Below, piece after piece: positions 1 to 14,690 of a stretch of 64,000 bases of DNA; positions within the stretch are counted from its first letter, which is position 1, and each line of letters opens with the position of its first letter. The position numbers and the translations under genes are program-made. Source of the stretch: the human T2T-CHM13v2.0 reference genome, Homo sapiens; NCBI RefSeq assembly GCF_009914755.1, contig NC_060926.1; one strand, written 5' to 3'. The notes under the pieces are model-generated. The model worked only from the letters and a program-made list of their open reading frames with translations. It was not told the DNA's origin and did no database searches.

Positions 1-109
1 GAAAACGTTGCTTTCCAAGTAAAGTGTTTTGCTCTGGGAGTTATTGTACAAAATGTAAATGTAAACACCCTTTCATGCACTAAAATGAGAAAATATAAAA
101 AGAGTTTGC

Positions 110-590
110 TATGTATAATATATACCATGCACCATAACATATATATATCTTGCACCATATTTTATACATGTTATACAATATATAATTAACAGATATTATG
201 ATATATAAACTATATGTAAGATATAAGATACTATATAAAATATATGTAAGATAGCTATATATCGTATATACTATAGATTTTATATATGTAAAATATAAGA
301 TACATATTGTATAGTATACATACTATACATATCTTATATATACAATATATTTGGTGCAAAAGTAATTGTGGGGGATTGAAAGTAACAGCAAAAACCGCAA
401 TTACTTTTGCACCAACCTAATGTATTCTATATCTTGTATATCTAATATATATCTTTTATATATGTAGATATATATTATGGTGAAAGATATATATATATTA
501 CGTTGCTTGTGGTATATATAGCAAATATTTGCTATATATAATATATATATTGTGGTTTCTATAAATATATATTTTATGTATATATACATG
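110..590. repeat. AT-rich (TA)n-derived low-complexity tract
   Basis: Degenerate tatata runs across ~480 bp, interrupted by a MADE1 element. Confidence 0.85.
351..420. mobile_element. MADE1 (Hsmar1-derived MITE), left end eroded
   Basis: ttggtgcaaaagtaattg...aaaaaccgcaattacttttgcaccaacctaa; matches the Hsmar1 terminal inverted repeats. Confidence 0.9.
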
Positions 591-659
591 TGGTTTTAAG
601 GATTTTGATGAGTACTTCTGCCTTTTTGAAAAAAGTGGAGAAAATTTAGGGATACTTAC

Positions 660-704
660 AGGTATGCCATCTAAACCTGGAAATCCAGGAACACCAGTTG
701 GACC
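660..704 (-). CDS. COL4A4: Collagen alpha-4(IV) exon 6 (45 nt; GPTGVPGFPGLDGIP)
   Basis: Reverse complement reads tttag|GGT CCA ACT...ATA CCT|gtaagt; 5 Gly-X-Y triplets; phase 0. Confidence 0.97.
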
Positions 705-1420
705 CTAAAATCCCAGAAAATAAAACAAAGAGATAAAAATTATTAAATTAATAAGCTGATTTACTTGAAAATAGTAACAATTAATTACTCATCTTTAAAC
801 ATGCTGAGCAGTCATTGTCACCTATTTTTTACATGATGAGTCTAAAAGCCAACATTTAAGAACCAATTCTTGTGCTTTTCTTTTGTACTTGGGAAAACAG
901 CCTAGCAGTACTGATTTAAGTAAATCATTCAACATGCTGTGAACAGAAATCTAACACTCCGAATCTCGATCCTAGAGTAACAAACCCTTAACTGTGAACA
1001 CAGGCAATTGATAGGATTATTTTTGCACATCTGCACTACCCAAAGTTGGGGTAGAATCTCAAGTGCTCATCAACAGGGAATAAACTATAGTTTTATTCAT
1101 ACTATGGCATATTATACAATGTTTTTTCAGGAATAAGTTCAATCTACATAGCCTGATAAGGAATGGTCTCTAAGACATATTGTTGAGTGAAAAGAGAAAA
1201 CTCAGTGTGATGCATATAATTAATGTCATGTAGGTTTTTTAAAAAGCCATGAAACAATATAACTTCTCACTGGGTACACACATGTATTTAAAGGTCCAGA
1301 AGAGCATGCTCCTCTGGAAAGGGGCCAAAAATGAGGATGAATTATTGCAGAGGAGTTCAGGGACTTCATTTATTATAAGGTTCAAGTATATACTACTCGT
1401 GGTTATAAAACTCCAGTGCT

Positions 1421-1955
<535 letters not shown>

Positions 1956-2044
1956 TTACTGTCTTCTAACACAAACATATACTCATTCAGGCCTACAGAA
2001 GACTTGGAAATTAGATTTGCACAACTCTAATAATAGAAACAAAT

Positions 2045-2345
2045 GGCTGGAGATGGTGGCTCACACCTGTAATCCCAGCACTTTGGGAGGCCGAGACAAC
2101 GAGGTTCACTCGAGCTCAGGAATTCAAGACCAGCGTGGGCAACAAAGTGAGACCCCCCATCTCTACAGAAAATATAAAAATTAGCTGGGCATGGTGGCGT
2201 GGGCCTGTAGTCCCAGCTATTCGGGAGGCTGAGGTGGAGAATCACTTGAGCCTAGGAAGCCGAGGTTGCAGTGAGCTGATCGCACCACTGCACTACAGCC
2301 TGGGTGACAGAGACAGACCCTATCTCAAAAAAAAAAAAAAAAAAA
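2045..2345 (+). mobile_element. Alu (J-like) with long A-rich tail
   Basis: Alu consensus sequence, poly(A) followed by (GAAAA)n. Confidence 0.93.
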
Positions 2346-2884
2346 AAGAAAAGAAAGACAAGAAAAGATAAAAGGAAAAGGAAATGAAAGGAAAAACAAG
2401 ACAAGAAAAGAAAATGATTGACTTAAAACATAAGAAATAGTGGCATTGCCCTTTTCAATCTGAATTAAGCTATATGATAAATTTCAATTACTGCACATGT
2501 GTATATGTATGTATGTGTGCAGTATGTATGTATGTGTGTGCACAGAAACACATATATCAAGTGATTATAGTTATCTTACTATTTTCATTCTGTCAATCAA
2601 ATTTAGAGATCTTGGGCTTTTTAATGAAGCAAGAAACTAAAAAATCAAAGTTTTATTTACCTTTATGTTCGTGACACAAATAGAGTAAGGGAAACTGCCA
2701 GATCTTTTATTTACTTCAAATAACTAATGATTTGCCTGCCCTTTCGAAGGACAACATTTCTTTTTTGGCTGCTTTTATCTAATTTCTTAGTCATATTTTG
2801 GAATTAGTCTCCATGTCACATTAAATTTATGTAATCCAACTTTCCATGAATGAAAAGGCCACCTCTTGTTTTAAGTGAAGAAGC

Positions 2885-3072
2885 TTTATGGGGCTCCTAC
2901 CTCAGAACCCATGTCTCAGGGCCCTGCCCCATCTCCCTTCTGGGGTCTGGGCCTGGCCAAGGCCAGCAGCACCATCTAAAGCGATATCCCGACCAGGTGC
3001 AGTGGCTCACACCTGTAATCCCAGCACTCTGGGAGGCCGAGGCGGGCAGATCACCTGAGGTCAAGAGTTCGA
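2885..3072 (+). repeat. Inverted duplicate of ~3847-4010 (unique flank plus truncated Alu head)
   Basis: 2924-2990 matches the reverse complement of 3932-3998 at 62/67 nt (hand alignment); continues into ~80 nt of Alu left arm. Confidence 0.9.
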
Positions 3073-3556
3073 CTTGCAATATTTCATACCTCTCAAAATT
3101 TTTGCAAAGATTTAAGAAAAATTATTTTATAACTTCTTGCTTCACAAAACAGCATGGATGACTGCATTAAATAAGCAAGTAAGTCTTGATGTATGGACAG
3201 AAAAGCTTGGCAGGGTTTAGGAGATATCTGCTCAGATCAGATGTCTTAGGTCTCCAGGGCTAATACAGGGTTGCCCCTTGGGAATGCAGGGCCCTGAGCA
3301 AAATATTTCTTGCAGAGTCGCATCTATATAAAAACTGGAGTCACCCGAAATCAGCATGCCAGCCCTACTCTGGCAACCCAATGTTGTGCAGTCCCATCAA
3401 GGAAATACTTCATGGGCAAATGGAAGTGTTCTGCTAGGCAGCCACCCTCCAAAACCAGGGCTCAACCAAAGGGCCCCAGACAATCGCATAGCATGAAGGC
3501 CAGAGCTCCTCATGTGGTCAACCCCACATTGGGTAGAAGGTCAGAGAGCACCTTGA

Positions 3557-3943
<387 letters not shown>

Positions 3944-4619
3944 TAGATAGTGCTGCTGGCCTTGGCCAGGCCCAGACACCAGGAGGGAGATGGGGCAGGA
4001 GCCCCGTAAAAATAGTGCAAGAACATTCACCACAGTGTTATATGCAATAGCAAGAGAAACCGGAAATCCACGGGAAAGGCACCAACCTGAGACTCAGTGA
4101 ATAAATTAGGGTGCCTTCAAACAGGAAAGCCCTCACAGCCTGACTTCATCAGGGTGCTCCAGGAGCAACACAGAGGATGAGAAGTCAATGAGACCAACTT
4201 CTCCATTTGAGAAGTGAAGGAGGTGCAGGTCAGGAACAGAGCGCGACCCACGGAAGTGAAGGCAGCCAAGAAAGGGGCAGTTTCAGGTCAGTTATACTGT
4301 GGGCACCTGGGACTTAACCCTGAGGGGAGCCCACATCTCAGTGTTATCCCGCCCTAGGGGAAGGGAGTGGGGGTATTTATCTCCTTGGCTGAGGGCCCTG
4401 GTGATGGGTATGGAGTGCCTGCCAACTGTGCCTCCGGGGCTTTGGAAAAAGCCCTGACAGACACAGATGCCAGCAGCTGAAGTCCCCCAGAGCCTGAGCA
4501 CAGAAACAACAGGTCTGAGGAAGACGTGTGGGACCCCAAAAGCACGTGCAAGCTGCCAGCAAAGTCCATCTGTTCAGGCCGACATAGAACATCCTCCCCA
4601 AGCTCATGAGGGAGAAACA

Positions 4620-4830
4620 GAGTGAGCACCCAGGCTATGCGTCAGCCTCCTGGGTTTGAAGCCCAGGACCACACTGACTTGCTGTGTGACCTTGGGTATG
4701 TTTCTTAACCTCTCTGTTCCTTGGCATCTTTATCTGTCAATGGCTTATGAGCATAAAAAGAATAATGCATGTAATGGTGTTTAGCATAGTGCCTGGCATA
4801 ACAAATGCTAACTATTGTTATTATATATTA
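4620..4830. mobile_element. MIR
   Basis: gctgtgtgaccttggg...cttaacctctctg...gcatagtgcctggcata core. Confidence 0.75.
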
Positions 4831-5022
4831 TTATTATAAATGGATAATTGTTAAAGGAGAAAAACAAGCCACAGAATAGTATGTCATATAATCCCACCAG
4901 TAGAGAAACAAAAGAACAGACACTTTCCCTAAATAGATGTTTATAAATGAACATTTCTAGGACATAAAAGAAACTGCATGTCTCATAAGTGAAAACACAA
5001 GCCAGGGCAATTTTACATTCTA

Positions 5023-5103
5023 TGAGGTTGGTGCAAAAGTAATTGTGGTTTTTGCCTTTTAAAAGCAATGGCAAAGACCGCAATTACTTCTTCACCAACC
5101 TCA
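5023..5103. mobile_element. MADE1 MITE, full length, TA target-site duplication
   Basis: ta|tgaggttggtgcaaaagtaattgtgg...ccgcaattacttcttcaccaacctca|ta. Confidence 0.93.
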
Positions 5104-5964
5104 TACTTTGTGTACATCTTACCATCAGCAGAAGTGATTTTATAATAAAGATTAGTTACCACTTCTTGCTCACCATTAAGTCATTAACTCGACAAACATG
5201 ATTGACAACCTTTAACATCTGCCTAAATTTTACAAATCAAAACTATATTTTATAGGCATTTTCCCTTTTCTTCATGCTCATTCATCATTGTTAAATAGCT
5301 ACTATTTATTGAGTATCCATATAAATGCTAAAAGCTTAGAATTTTAAAGGAAACTTAAATACATAAATATGTATTATGAAAAAGACAACAATAAAATACA
5401 AAGTGTAATTACGTGAGCACAAACCATTTGGGGTATTGTGAGGGTTTATCAACTTACAATAGGTGACTGCACAAATTCTAAACTACGATCTAAAAGTAAA
5501 AACAAACAATGACTTCAGAGCACCTTTCTGTCTAACCTGTGTTAGAAATAAGATTAATTAACATAATCTAAAAGCTCCCATGTTTTCTACATATAAAATT
5601 CAGGAAATAAATACTTTTTCATTAAGTTTGGGAATTATCTTTTCATCTTGCATGCAGTTTATACATAAACTTCCCCAAATTATCTTTTGTGAATGCAGTA
5701 CTTTACAGTAATGTATTATTTAGATACATACTAAAATGCATGCTTGAATATAAAAGGGTAACTGAAAAAGAGAGAGCCAATTAACTGACTATAAATCTCT
5801 TTAATGTGTTTCATTTTAGGCATGCAATACCAAATCCAGTGAGCTAATGGGAAGTTTGCAGAGGGGAAAAAAGGCGTGGAAATATTTAACACAACAGTTA
5901 AGAATAATAAAACTCCATTTAGTATAGAAACGTGTGCTGATTTGAGAAAATGCCATATAAAATA

Positions 5965-6278
<314 letters not shown>

Positions 6279-6767
6279 TAAAATACTTCGGGAGGAAAAA
6301 AAAAAAGTAAAGCAGGGAATGGTTATTTGCATTATTGAAGGATGCTAACTCCTCTCTCTCACCATCTCCTCCCTCCTCCCAGCCTGCCACCCTGACCTCC
6401 CTGCACCAGATTTCTAGACAAGCTCTGTTCTTTCACAGCATTTGCGCAGGCTGTCCTGTCCCGGGAGCGCCCCCTCTCTGCCTCTGGCTGATTCATCTCT
6501 CAAGGCTGCAGTGGAAAGATTCCCCTGATCTCCTGCCCCTGTTCTGGAGAAGGAGATGCCTCTCCAAGGTGCCTCTGCAGTAACACTCTCACCCGTGACT
6601 ATCATACCCTCTTCACTTGTCTGTCCCTCCCAAGCCCACAGCCACCCAACCTCTGCTCCTGGAGGGGAAGGCCGAGTCTAAGTGCCCAAGGTCATGATGG
6701 TAAGAAAGGCAGAGAACAACAAACTCTTTATAAAATAATAAGGTAGCCCACTTCTACCCCAAGGCAA

Positions 6768-7090
6768 GACAGGCGGCCCTCCATATCCCTGGCTCCCGTT
6801 CTGAGGACTCAACCGATCCAGATGGAAAATATTCGAAAATCAATAAACAGAAAAGAACAATACAACAAAAATTAAAAATTTTAAAATACAGTATAACAAC
6901 TGTATACTGTATATAGCATTTACATAGAATTCTAAATAACCTAGAAATGATTTGTAGTATTTGGGAGGATGTGCATAGGTTATATGCAGATACTATGCAA
7001 TTTCGTATCAGGGACGTGAGTATCCATGGATTTTGGTATCCAGAGGGGAACTGGAACCAATTCCTCATGGATGCAAAGAGATAAGTGTAA
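6768..7090. mobile_element. Tigger3/MER2-type TcMar DNA transposon fragment
   Basis: cagg...cctccatatc terminal and ...gagtatccatggattttggtatcc...ggaaccaattcctcatggat end. Confidence 0.75.
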
Positions 7091-8591
7091 ATGCTGTCTT
7101 ATGTCTCTGAATTGTCATTCCTAGAACGTTGGTTAACAGTAATTATGCAAAATGGCAATGATTCCACAGCAAACTGTGCAGAGTACAACTTCACACCATG
7201 AGCAATGACTCTGAATAACAGAGATGTTGGTGTTTTTTGCTGTTGAGCTATAATGTAGGTGTTGTTATGCCTTTATTTCAACCATATGCAATGGCAAACA
7301 CTACCCCTACTTTGCAAGTGGAAAAACTAACATAAATTTCTCCTTTTTTACAACTGTGAAGACTTTGTGATTTTGTATTTAGTGCGGTTTTTTTGTATTT
7401 TAATAAGTATTTTGCTACATGATAAATTTTTAAAGGAAATACATTAAACCTCAAATAACAGCACAAAATCTGTCAGAAAGCTGCTCACCAAAATTTCTCA
7501 AACACCAATCTTTGAAATAGTCATTTGTTAGTTCACCTAATTTGAGTAAATAATTTATTCACAGCATACAGAGAATAATTCTATTTTCTTTAAATTGTTT
7601 CATGTAAAAGAATGGGTCAGTAAAAGAACTTGTGCTTACAGGTAAATATGTAGGCTTACTTTTTCATAAGGTTATAATAGGATTCACTTCAGGACAAATA
7701 GACATAAGTAGCAGGCCCATAAAAGACATTTTTATAACTAGAGAATCATTAAATAATCACAGGAATTTTGCATCACTAAAAAAAGTCTTTAAAGAAATAT
7801 TTCACCCAGTCCTAACCCTGCACTCTCCACCACCAACAATAACCTGCTATAAAACAAGTTGCTGTGCCAGAGTCAGTCTAGCAAAAAGAGAAAAACCACC
7901 CAGTGGAATGACTGGCTTTCAGATGCACAGCACCCCTGGGTTTTTTTGGCTACGTGCGCATGCAACTGCCTCTGCAGCTTCGAAGTCAGAAGACAGAGCC
8001 GCTGAATCCAGAAATGACAATCAGCTTGACAGCTGAGGAGACTTTGGCATGCCATGTGAAGCCACTAGATCATCTCTTTCTTTCTTTCTTTTGGTTCAAA
8101 GGCCAAATTGACACCGTATCATCAAACCTGTTATTTGCGCCTCCCTAGAGCAGCAGTAGGCTCTCGGGCCAGCTGTACAAATAAAGGATGAAGGAGATGA
8201 GAGCAGACACAGAACCGCCGGCCTCCCTGTCTTCTGAAGCCAGGGCATTCCTTTAGGATTTTGTCCCTTGTCGGTTGCCTAAGTCTAGAATGTCTCTTGA
8301 ACAGGGCTAAGATAAAATTACTTTTATTTCATAACAACTTAGTAAAAGAGACCAAAAGATAAGAGGGTATGTACTGTACTTTTTAAAAACCAAAATCTTC
8401 AAGTCAGCCTTTTTGGCTGGCAATGATCTGGTTGCCCCAGGGACCAAAACATATGGGGAATGACAAAAATCTAAGAAATCGTTTGTCATTTTGTCAGTAG
8501 GAGCACTAGGAGAAACACTACAAATAAACAACTACAAATACAGGTACAGCCACACTTTTTCTGCCATGACTTCCTGCTCTTTCTTAGCCAG

Positions 8592-8641
8592 AAGGTATAA
8601 ATAAATGCAAGGTATAAATCAGTGCAAGGTATAAATAAATG
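8592..8641. repeat. 17-bp tandem repeat x3 (aaggtataaataaatgc)
   Basis: Units start at 8592, 8609 and 8626. Confidence 0.85.
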
Positions 8642-10177
8642 AAAAACTGAACAAACAGGAAAGATGCTTTTGTTATACTAATTATACAGATTTTCCAAAT
8701 CACCCTTGAACTCTTAAGACCATGACATTTATCATCAAAAATGTCACAGGAAGGGGAAGGAATGTATTTATTAGGCTTGGTTATGGATTATGTGGCTGCC
8801 ATGCTCCATACCTTACCTTATTTAATGCAACCAGCAACACTGAATAGTGTAGGCTATGATCCCCATATAGATGAAGGAAGGTGTAACTTATTCAGGCTCT
8901 CACACCTAGCAAGCTCAGATTCACACCTGGACCAGTCAGTCTCTCACCTAAACCTCTCCTCTTCCCCCTACCTGAGCCTGAGCCTAGCACAATGGAGGGT
9001 TCATCCACTAAATCACGCTCATGCCATGCCCGGAGTGACGTTTCAATCCCTTCAAGCCTCTTCTTATTTTTACACTTAAAAACAGTCTATCCAGATACAC
9101 TCAATGTTCTTTTATAAAGTTTCTTTAGGACACAATGTTATTAATTGAATTAATTGAATACCTCTATTTTTTGTGGTTCTCAAATTTAACTTTCTGGTCC
9201 TATCCTATATCCCCAACTGTTTTCTAGAAACTTTCTTGCATCCTCTTCCCCTGTTAATTCATCTCACACATTGGGTCAAAGCTGAGCTCAGCCCTCTGCC
9301 TCCTCCTTCCCTGTCACTGAAGAGAGTAACTCTGTTCCTGGCATCATCTAAGCTCGCCATCCAGCTGCCAGCCTTGTCACCCTCTTTCCCTCATTCTCCA
9401 TGTCCTTCTCATGACCAAGTCAATCACATCTCGATTTGAACCAAAACCCAAATCTCATGCTCCCATCTTACCTTCCTCCCACTGCCAAGCACCTGGCCCA
9501 TGGTCTTGTCAACTCTCGCACGGGTTCCACAAGCACCAATCTCTCGCGTCTCCTTAACCCTGATCTTCTCCCCACTGCCCCATGCAACCGTCAATGAATC
9601 TTCTTCAGTCACCCCTTTCCTGGTGTCATTGCTTTCACCAACACCTGCAATGGGGACAATCTCCTTTCCGCACACCCGCCAACCTTATTCCCTGCAGTTT
9701 CCACACCCCCACCCTCTGCCCCAATCACACTTGTTTCCATGAGGTCAGAGTAGCCTTTCTTTACCTGTAGCTCAAATTCTCCCATCCCTCCAAAAATATT
9801 ATAATCATAACAGTAGCAGTAATAACTGCCACCATGTACAAATCTAGACACAACACAACAGTGTGTTAATACATTCTTCTCATGGAATCCTTACCACCCT
9901 GTAAAGCAGAAAGTCATCCCTGTATCTACGACCTCATTCCCAAAGGAGGAAGCTGAGACTCAAAGACATGAGACAAAGGACCTGAGGCTGTTCAGTTCTG
10001 ACTTCAAGGTTTCTGCTTCCATTTAACTGCAGTCCTCATCAATTTCACTCCCCTCCAAACTACCACATCTACCCTAAAATAATTAATGACTAAATAACGT
10101 CATCACCTATTTTTCATTATTGCCTTGTGCATGCTACTTTGCTTAATATCTGCTTGGGGTGATGTCTTCTAGTATAC

Positions 10178-10474
10178 TTTTTTTTTTTTTTTTGAGACAG
10201 AGTCTCACTCTGTCACCCAGGCTGGAGTACAGTGGTGCAATCTCAGCTCACTGCAACCTCTGCCTCCCAGTTCAAGCAATTCTCCTGCCTCAGCCTCCCA
10301 AGTAGCTGGGATTACAGGCGGCCACCACCACGCCTGGCTAATTTTTGTATTTTTAGCAGAGATGGCGTTTTGCCATGTTGGCCAGGCTGGTCTCGAACTC
10401 CCGACCTCAAGTGATCCGCCCCCCTCGGCCTCCCAAAGTGCCAGGGTTACAGGCATGAGCCACTGCGCCTGGCC
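10178..10474 (-). mobile_element. Alu (S-like)
   Basis: Poly-T plus Alu body; imperfect TSD tct(a/g)gta(t/c)acttt. Confidence 0.95.
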
Positions 10475-11905
10475 TCTGGTACACTTTTTGCAGCCAGGGA
10501 TTCATGAACGTTTTTATTTCCACCTCAGCATCTTGACCACTGTCTTGCACAGTATAAATTCTAAACATATACTCATGGATTACATGATCAATTAAAACTT
10601 CCACAATTAAAATGAACAAATAAATATTCTTTTAAATATATTCATCCTTTTTATGAGTCTCATTATTCTTAATCCATTATTATTATCATTCCTTTCTTTT
10701 CTAATGCTTCCCTCCTTTTTAAGGCTTGATTGTAATTCAACCAGTCAGCCACTGGGTGACACTACAACATCACTCACGAATCCTTTGGCAGTGCCTCCAG
10801 GAGCCTCCCCTATTGCAGGAAAAAGGCCCGTTAGGTGCCAGGAAGAGTTATCAAAATAAATAACAAAAGGTGTTATCAACAGTAGACAATCCAGAGACTG
10901 GACTTCAGTGGCAGAGTGTTTTCTTGTACCTTAAAGTAACCGCACTTGTTCACAATGAAATAGGGGCAACTGAAGGATTTAGCCTGGAGTAACACTCATT
11001 CGAGATTTTCACTGTGTTCTTAAGAGGCAGCATGGTGCAGTGGGAAGAACCCTGCACTGAGAACCAGGAGACATGGCTTTGCCACTGAACAACAAGGTCA
11101 CCCCTTACTCCAGGCCATTGGAGAAGGGTTTTCCCATTTTAAAACATGGCATCTGCGTCTTCTGCGGGGCCTAAACAAGGCTAAGGGCTCCTGGTAAGCT
11201 CCCTGACTAGCTCTAACCCACTCAACTCTCCCTCCTTCTTGCCTGCCCTGTTCTCCAGCATCCCTGCCCCTTGGCCTTGCCTTGATTTGCTCCCACCTGT
11301 GTCTTGTGGCCCCCTCTTCCTCCTGTTTGGAGTCTCCCCCAGAGCTCTTCAGGGCTGCCCTGGCTTCTTGTCACTTTCTCTCCAGCCAAAGCATCCATTT
11401 CCAAGTGGTCAATTTCACCCACAGACAATCCCTCCGTGTCCCTCCCTAACCCAGACCTTTCTTTCTGAGTGCCAGTCACATATCCAACTGACCACAAGCG
11501 CTGCAAGTCCAAACCTGGACTCATGATCGCCCCTGAAACGTGCTTCCTGAGCGGGCACCACTGTCTGCACAGCAGCTTACACCTCTCCTGGGAGGCCCGC
11601 ATGCCTCTAACTGCCTGCCCCAACTGCGCCAGGTGAGTCTCCTCATTCCTATCAAGTCTGCCTCCCAAATATGTCCACCTCCCATCCACTTCCCTACCCT
11701 CCACACTCACCCCCTCGCTAAGCCACCAAGACTTCCCACCTGCATGACTGCAGCAGCCTCATAACAGGTTTTCCCTAACATTACCTACCTGCCACCAGCC
11801 ACATTTTCCAAACAGCACCAGATCATCTTATAACATAAATCCAATCTGCTTCTTCCCTTCTTAAAATCTTTCAAAAATTTCTTATTATGCAGGAAAATCT
11901 GTCTG

Positions 11906-12220
11906 CTTTTTTTTTTTTTTCTTTCTTTCTTTTTTTTTTAAGATGGAGTCTCACTCTGTCGCCCAGGCTGGAGTGCAGTGGCACGATCTCGGCCCACTGC
12001 AGCCTCTGCCTCCCAGGTTCAAGCAATTCTCTGCCTCAGCCTCCCCAGTAGCTGGTATTACAGGCACCCACCACCATGCCCAGCTAATTTTTGTATTTTT
12101 TTAGTAGAGACAGGTTTTCGCCATGTTAGCCAGGCTGATGTTGAACTCCTGACCTCATGATCCACCCACCTTGGCCTCCCAAAGTGCTGGGATTACAGGC
12201 ATGAGCCAACCTACCCTGCC
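11906..12220 (-). mobile_element. Alu (S-like)
   Basis: Alu body; TSD ctgtctgcttttt. Confidence 0.93.
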
Positions 12221-12375
12221 CCTGTCTGCTTTTTAAGCTGCATTGCATGCTGCCGGGTTCCTTACCCACTGTGGTCAAATTTCTCTCTAGTCACGTTTCA
12301 GTCCCTCAAACATGCTAGCCTGTCTCCTTCCCACTTCAGGGCTCAAGCGGAGGCTGTTCCCCTTGTCTGAACACT

Positions 12376-12828
12376 TGTAGGGAGCTGAATGGCGCCACAA
12401 AAAAAGATACGACATGTCTTAAGCCCAGAGCCTATGACTATTGCCTTAGACGGCAAAAGACCTGATAAAGTGAAGGTTCTTGAGCTGAAGAGTTTCTCCT
12501 GGGTGATTTAGGTGGGCCCTAAATGCTACTACATGCACCTTTATAAGGAGGACGCAGAGGGAGATTGATGTGGACACATAGAGGAGCAGGCGATGTGAAG
12601 ACAGAGGCACAGACTGAAGTGAGGCCGCTAGGAACCAAGGAATGCCAAGGACTGCTGACACCAGAAGGAGTGGAAGGAGGCAAGGAGCAGGTTCTCCCCC
12701 AGAGCCGTGGAGGGAGCCTGGCAGTGCCAGCAGCTTGCTTTTGGACTTCTGGCCTCTAGAGAATACATTTCTGTTGTATTAAGCCACCATGTATATGGTC
12801 ATTTGTTACACAGCCATAGAAACTGACA
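12376..12828 (+). mobile_element. MLT1 (MaLR) solo LTR
   Basis: tgtagggagctgaatggc...ttggacttctggcctc...ttaagccacc...ttgttacacagcc MLT1 motifs. Confidence 0.85.
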
Positions 12829-13259
12829 GAAGGCTTCTCCTTCAGACTGTGGCTAGGAGAGTTCTAATTCCACCCGGTTCAAGCTCAAGTGCTAACCCAC
12901 AGCTCCCTGTGCCCTGACCCCGATGTGCTCCCATGCAAAGCAAGCCAGGGCACCAAATTGTCCACCTGGGGAGGGAGCAAGGATTTTTGTCTCATCTTTT
13001 CCCTGATGTGACTTGAGCACCTCAAACAGTGCCTGGCGCTCCTCAGGCAGCCAGAAATAGTGGCCGGAGGGGAGTCTTGTCTGTCTCTCGGTTTGGCTCT
13101 GAGCTCCAGGCTGCAGGGACTTTCTTCTTTACGACTGAGGCCTCCATGGCCTGGTTGGATGCCTGGCATGTGGCAAGTGCTCAATGGTTACTTGCCGAAT
13201 GAATGGAAAGCTATTATTATTGGTATTATTATTCGTTGCCATTAAGATTGTATGATAGA

Positions 13260-13622
<363 letters not shown>

Positions 13623-14372
13623 TTATTGAATATGGTTGTTTGAAAGGAGAAATTTGCTTTTATTTCCTAAAACCATTATAATTCCTCATCTTAGCTAATT
13701 AGTCAGACGTTACATTTGTACTAAAGAGGTATTCTTATACTAAGTGCTTTCTATTTTCCTATATAGTAGATTATTTCCCCCAAACTGTGCCCTGCTTTTG
13801 AGTGCACCTGTATCACTAGCCCTTATTTCTTGCCAATAACAAGTTCAGTGTGGCCCTGCATTTGCTGAGCTCTGCACCCAGCCTGGCCTGGGTCATGCTG
13901 GGTCACACAGTTTGGCAGTTGTTGCTGTGGAATTGAACTCCACATGAGGAGACCAAAGGCCCTGTTGCAAATCACTGACAAGTTAATGAGGTGACTGACC
14001 AGGGCAGATGTGCCCAAAACTGCCTTCAGACCCAAACCACAACTAGGATTCCCAGGGGAGAGTCTTGTTATGTTAGCTCTATATGTAGACTCGGTCTGTT
14101 TGGAAAATAGGTAATACATTCTACAGTGTAGTAGGCAGATAAAAGCTTCTTTTCTCTCTTTTCTCATGCACGGATGCTGGATTTAAAGAGATATTTCTCA
14201 GTCTACTGAAATGATGTTAGTTAGTTGGAGTTATTTTCCCATGTAGACATCAGCTGCTGCTGCTACTTCTACCACTATAATTTATTAATACGCCAAAAAG
14301 CATTAAATGATAGGCAGGGATCCTTCCTTTACTCTCTAGGCCTCCCAAACCCTGTCCAGAAATCCTTACTCA

Positions 14373-14690
<318 letters not shown>

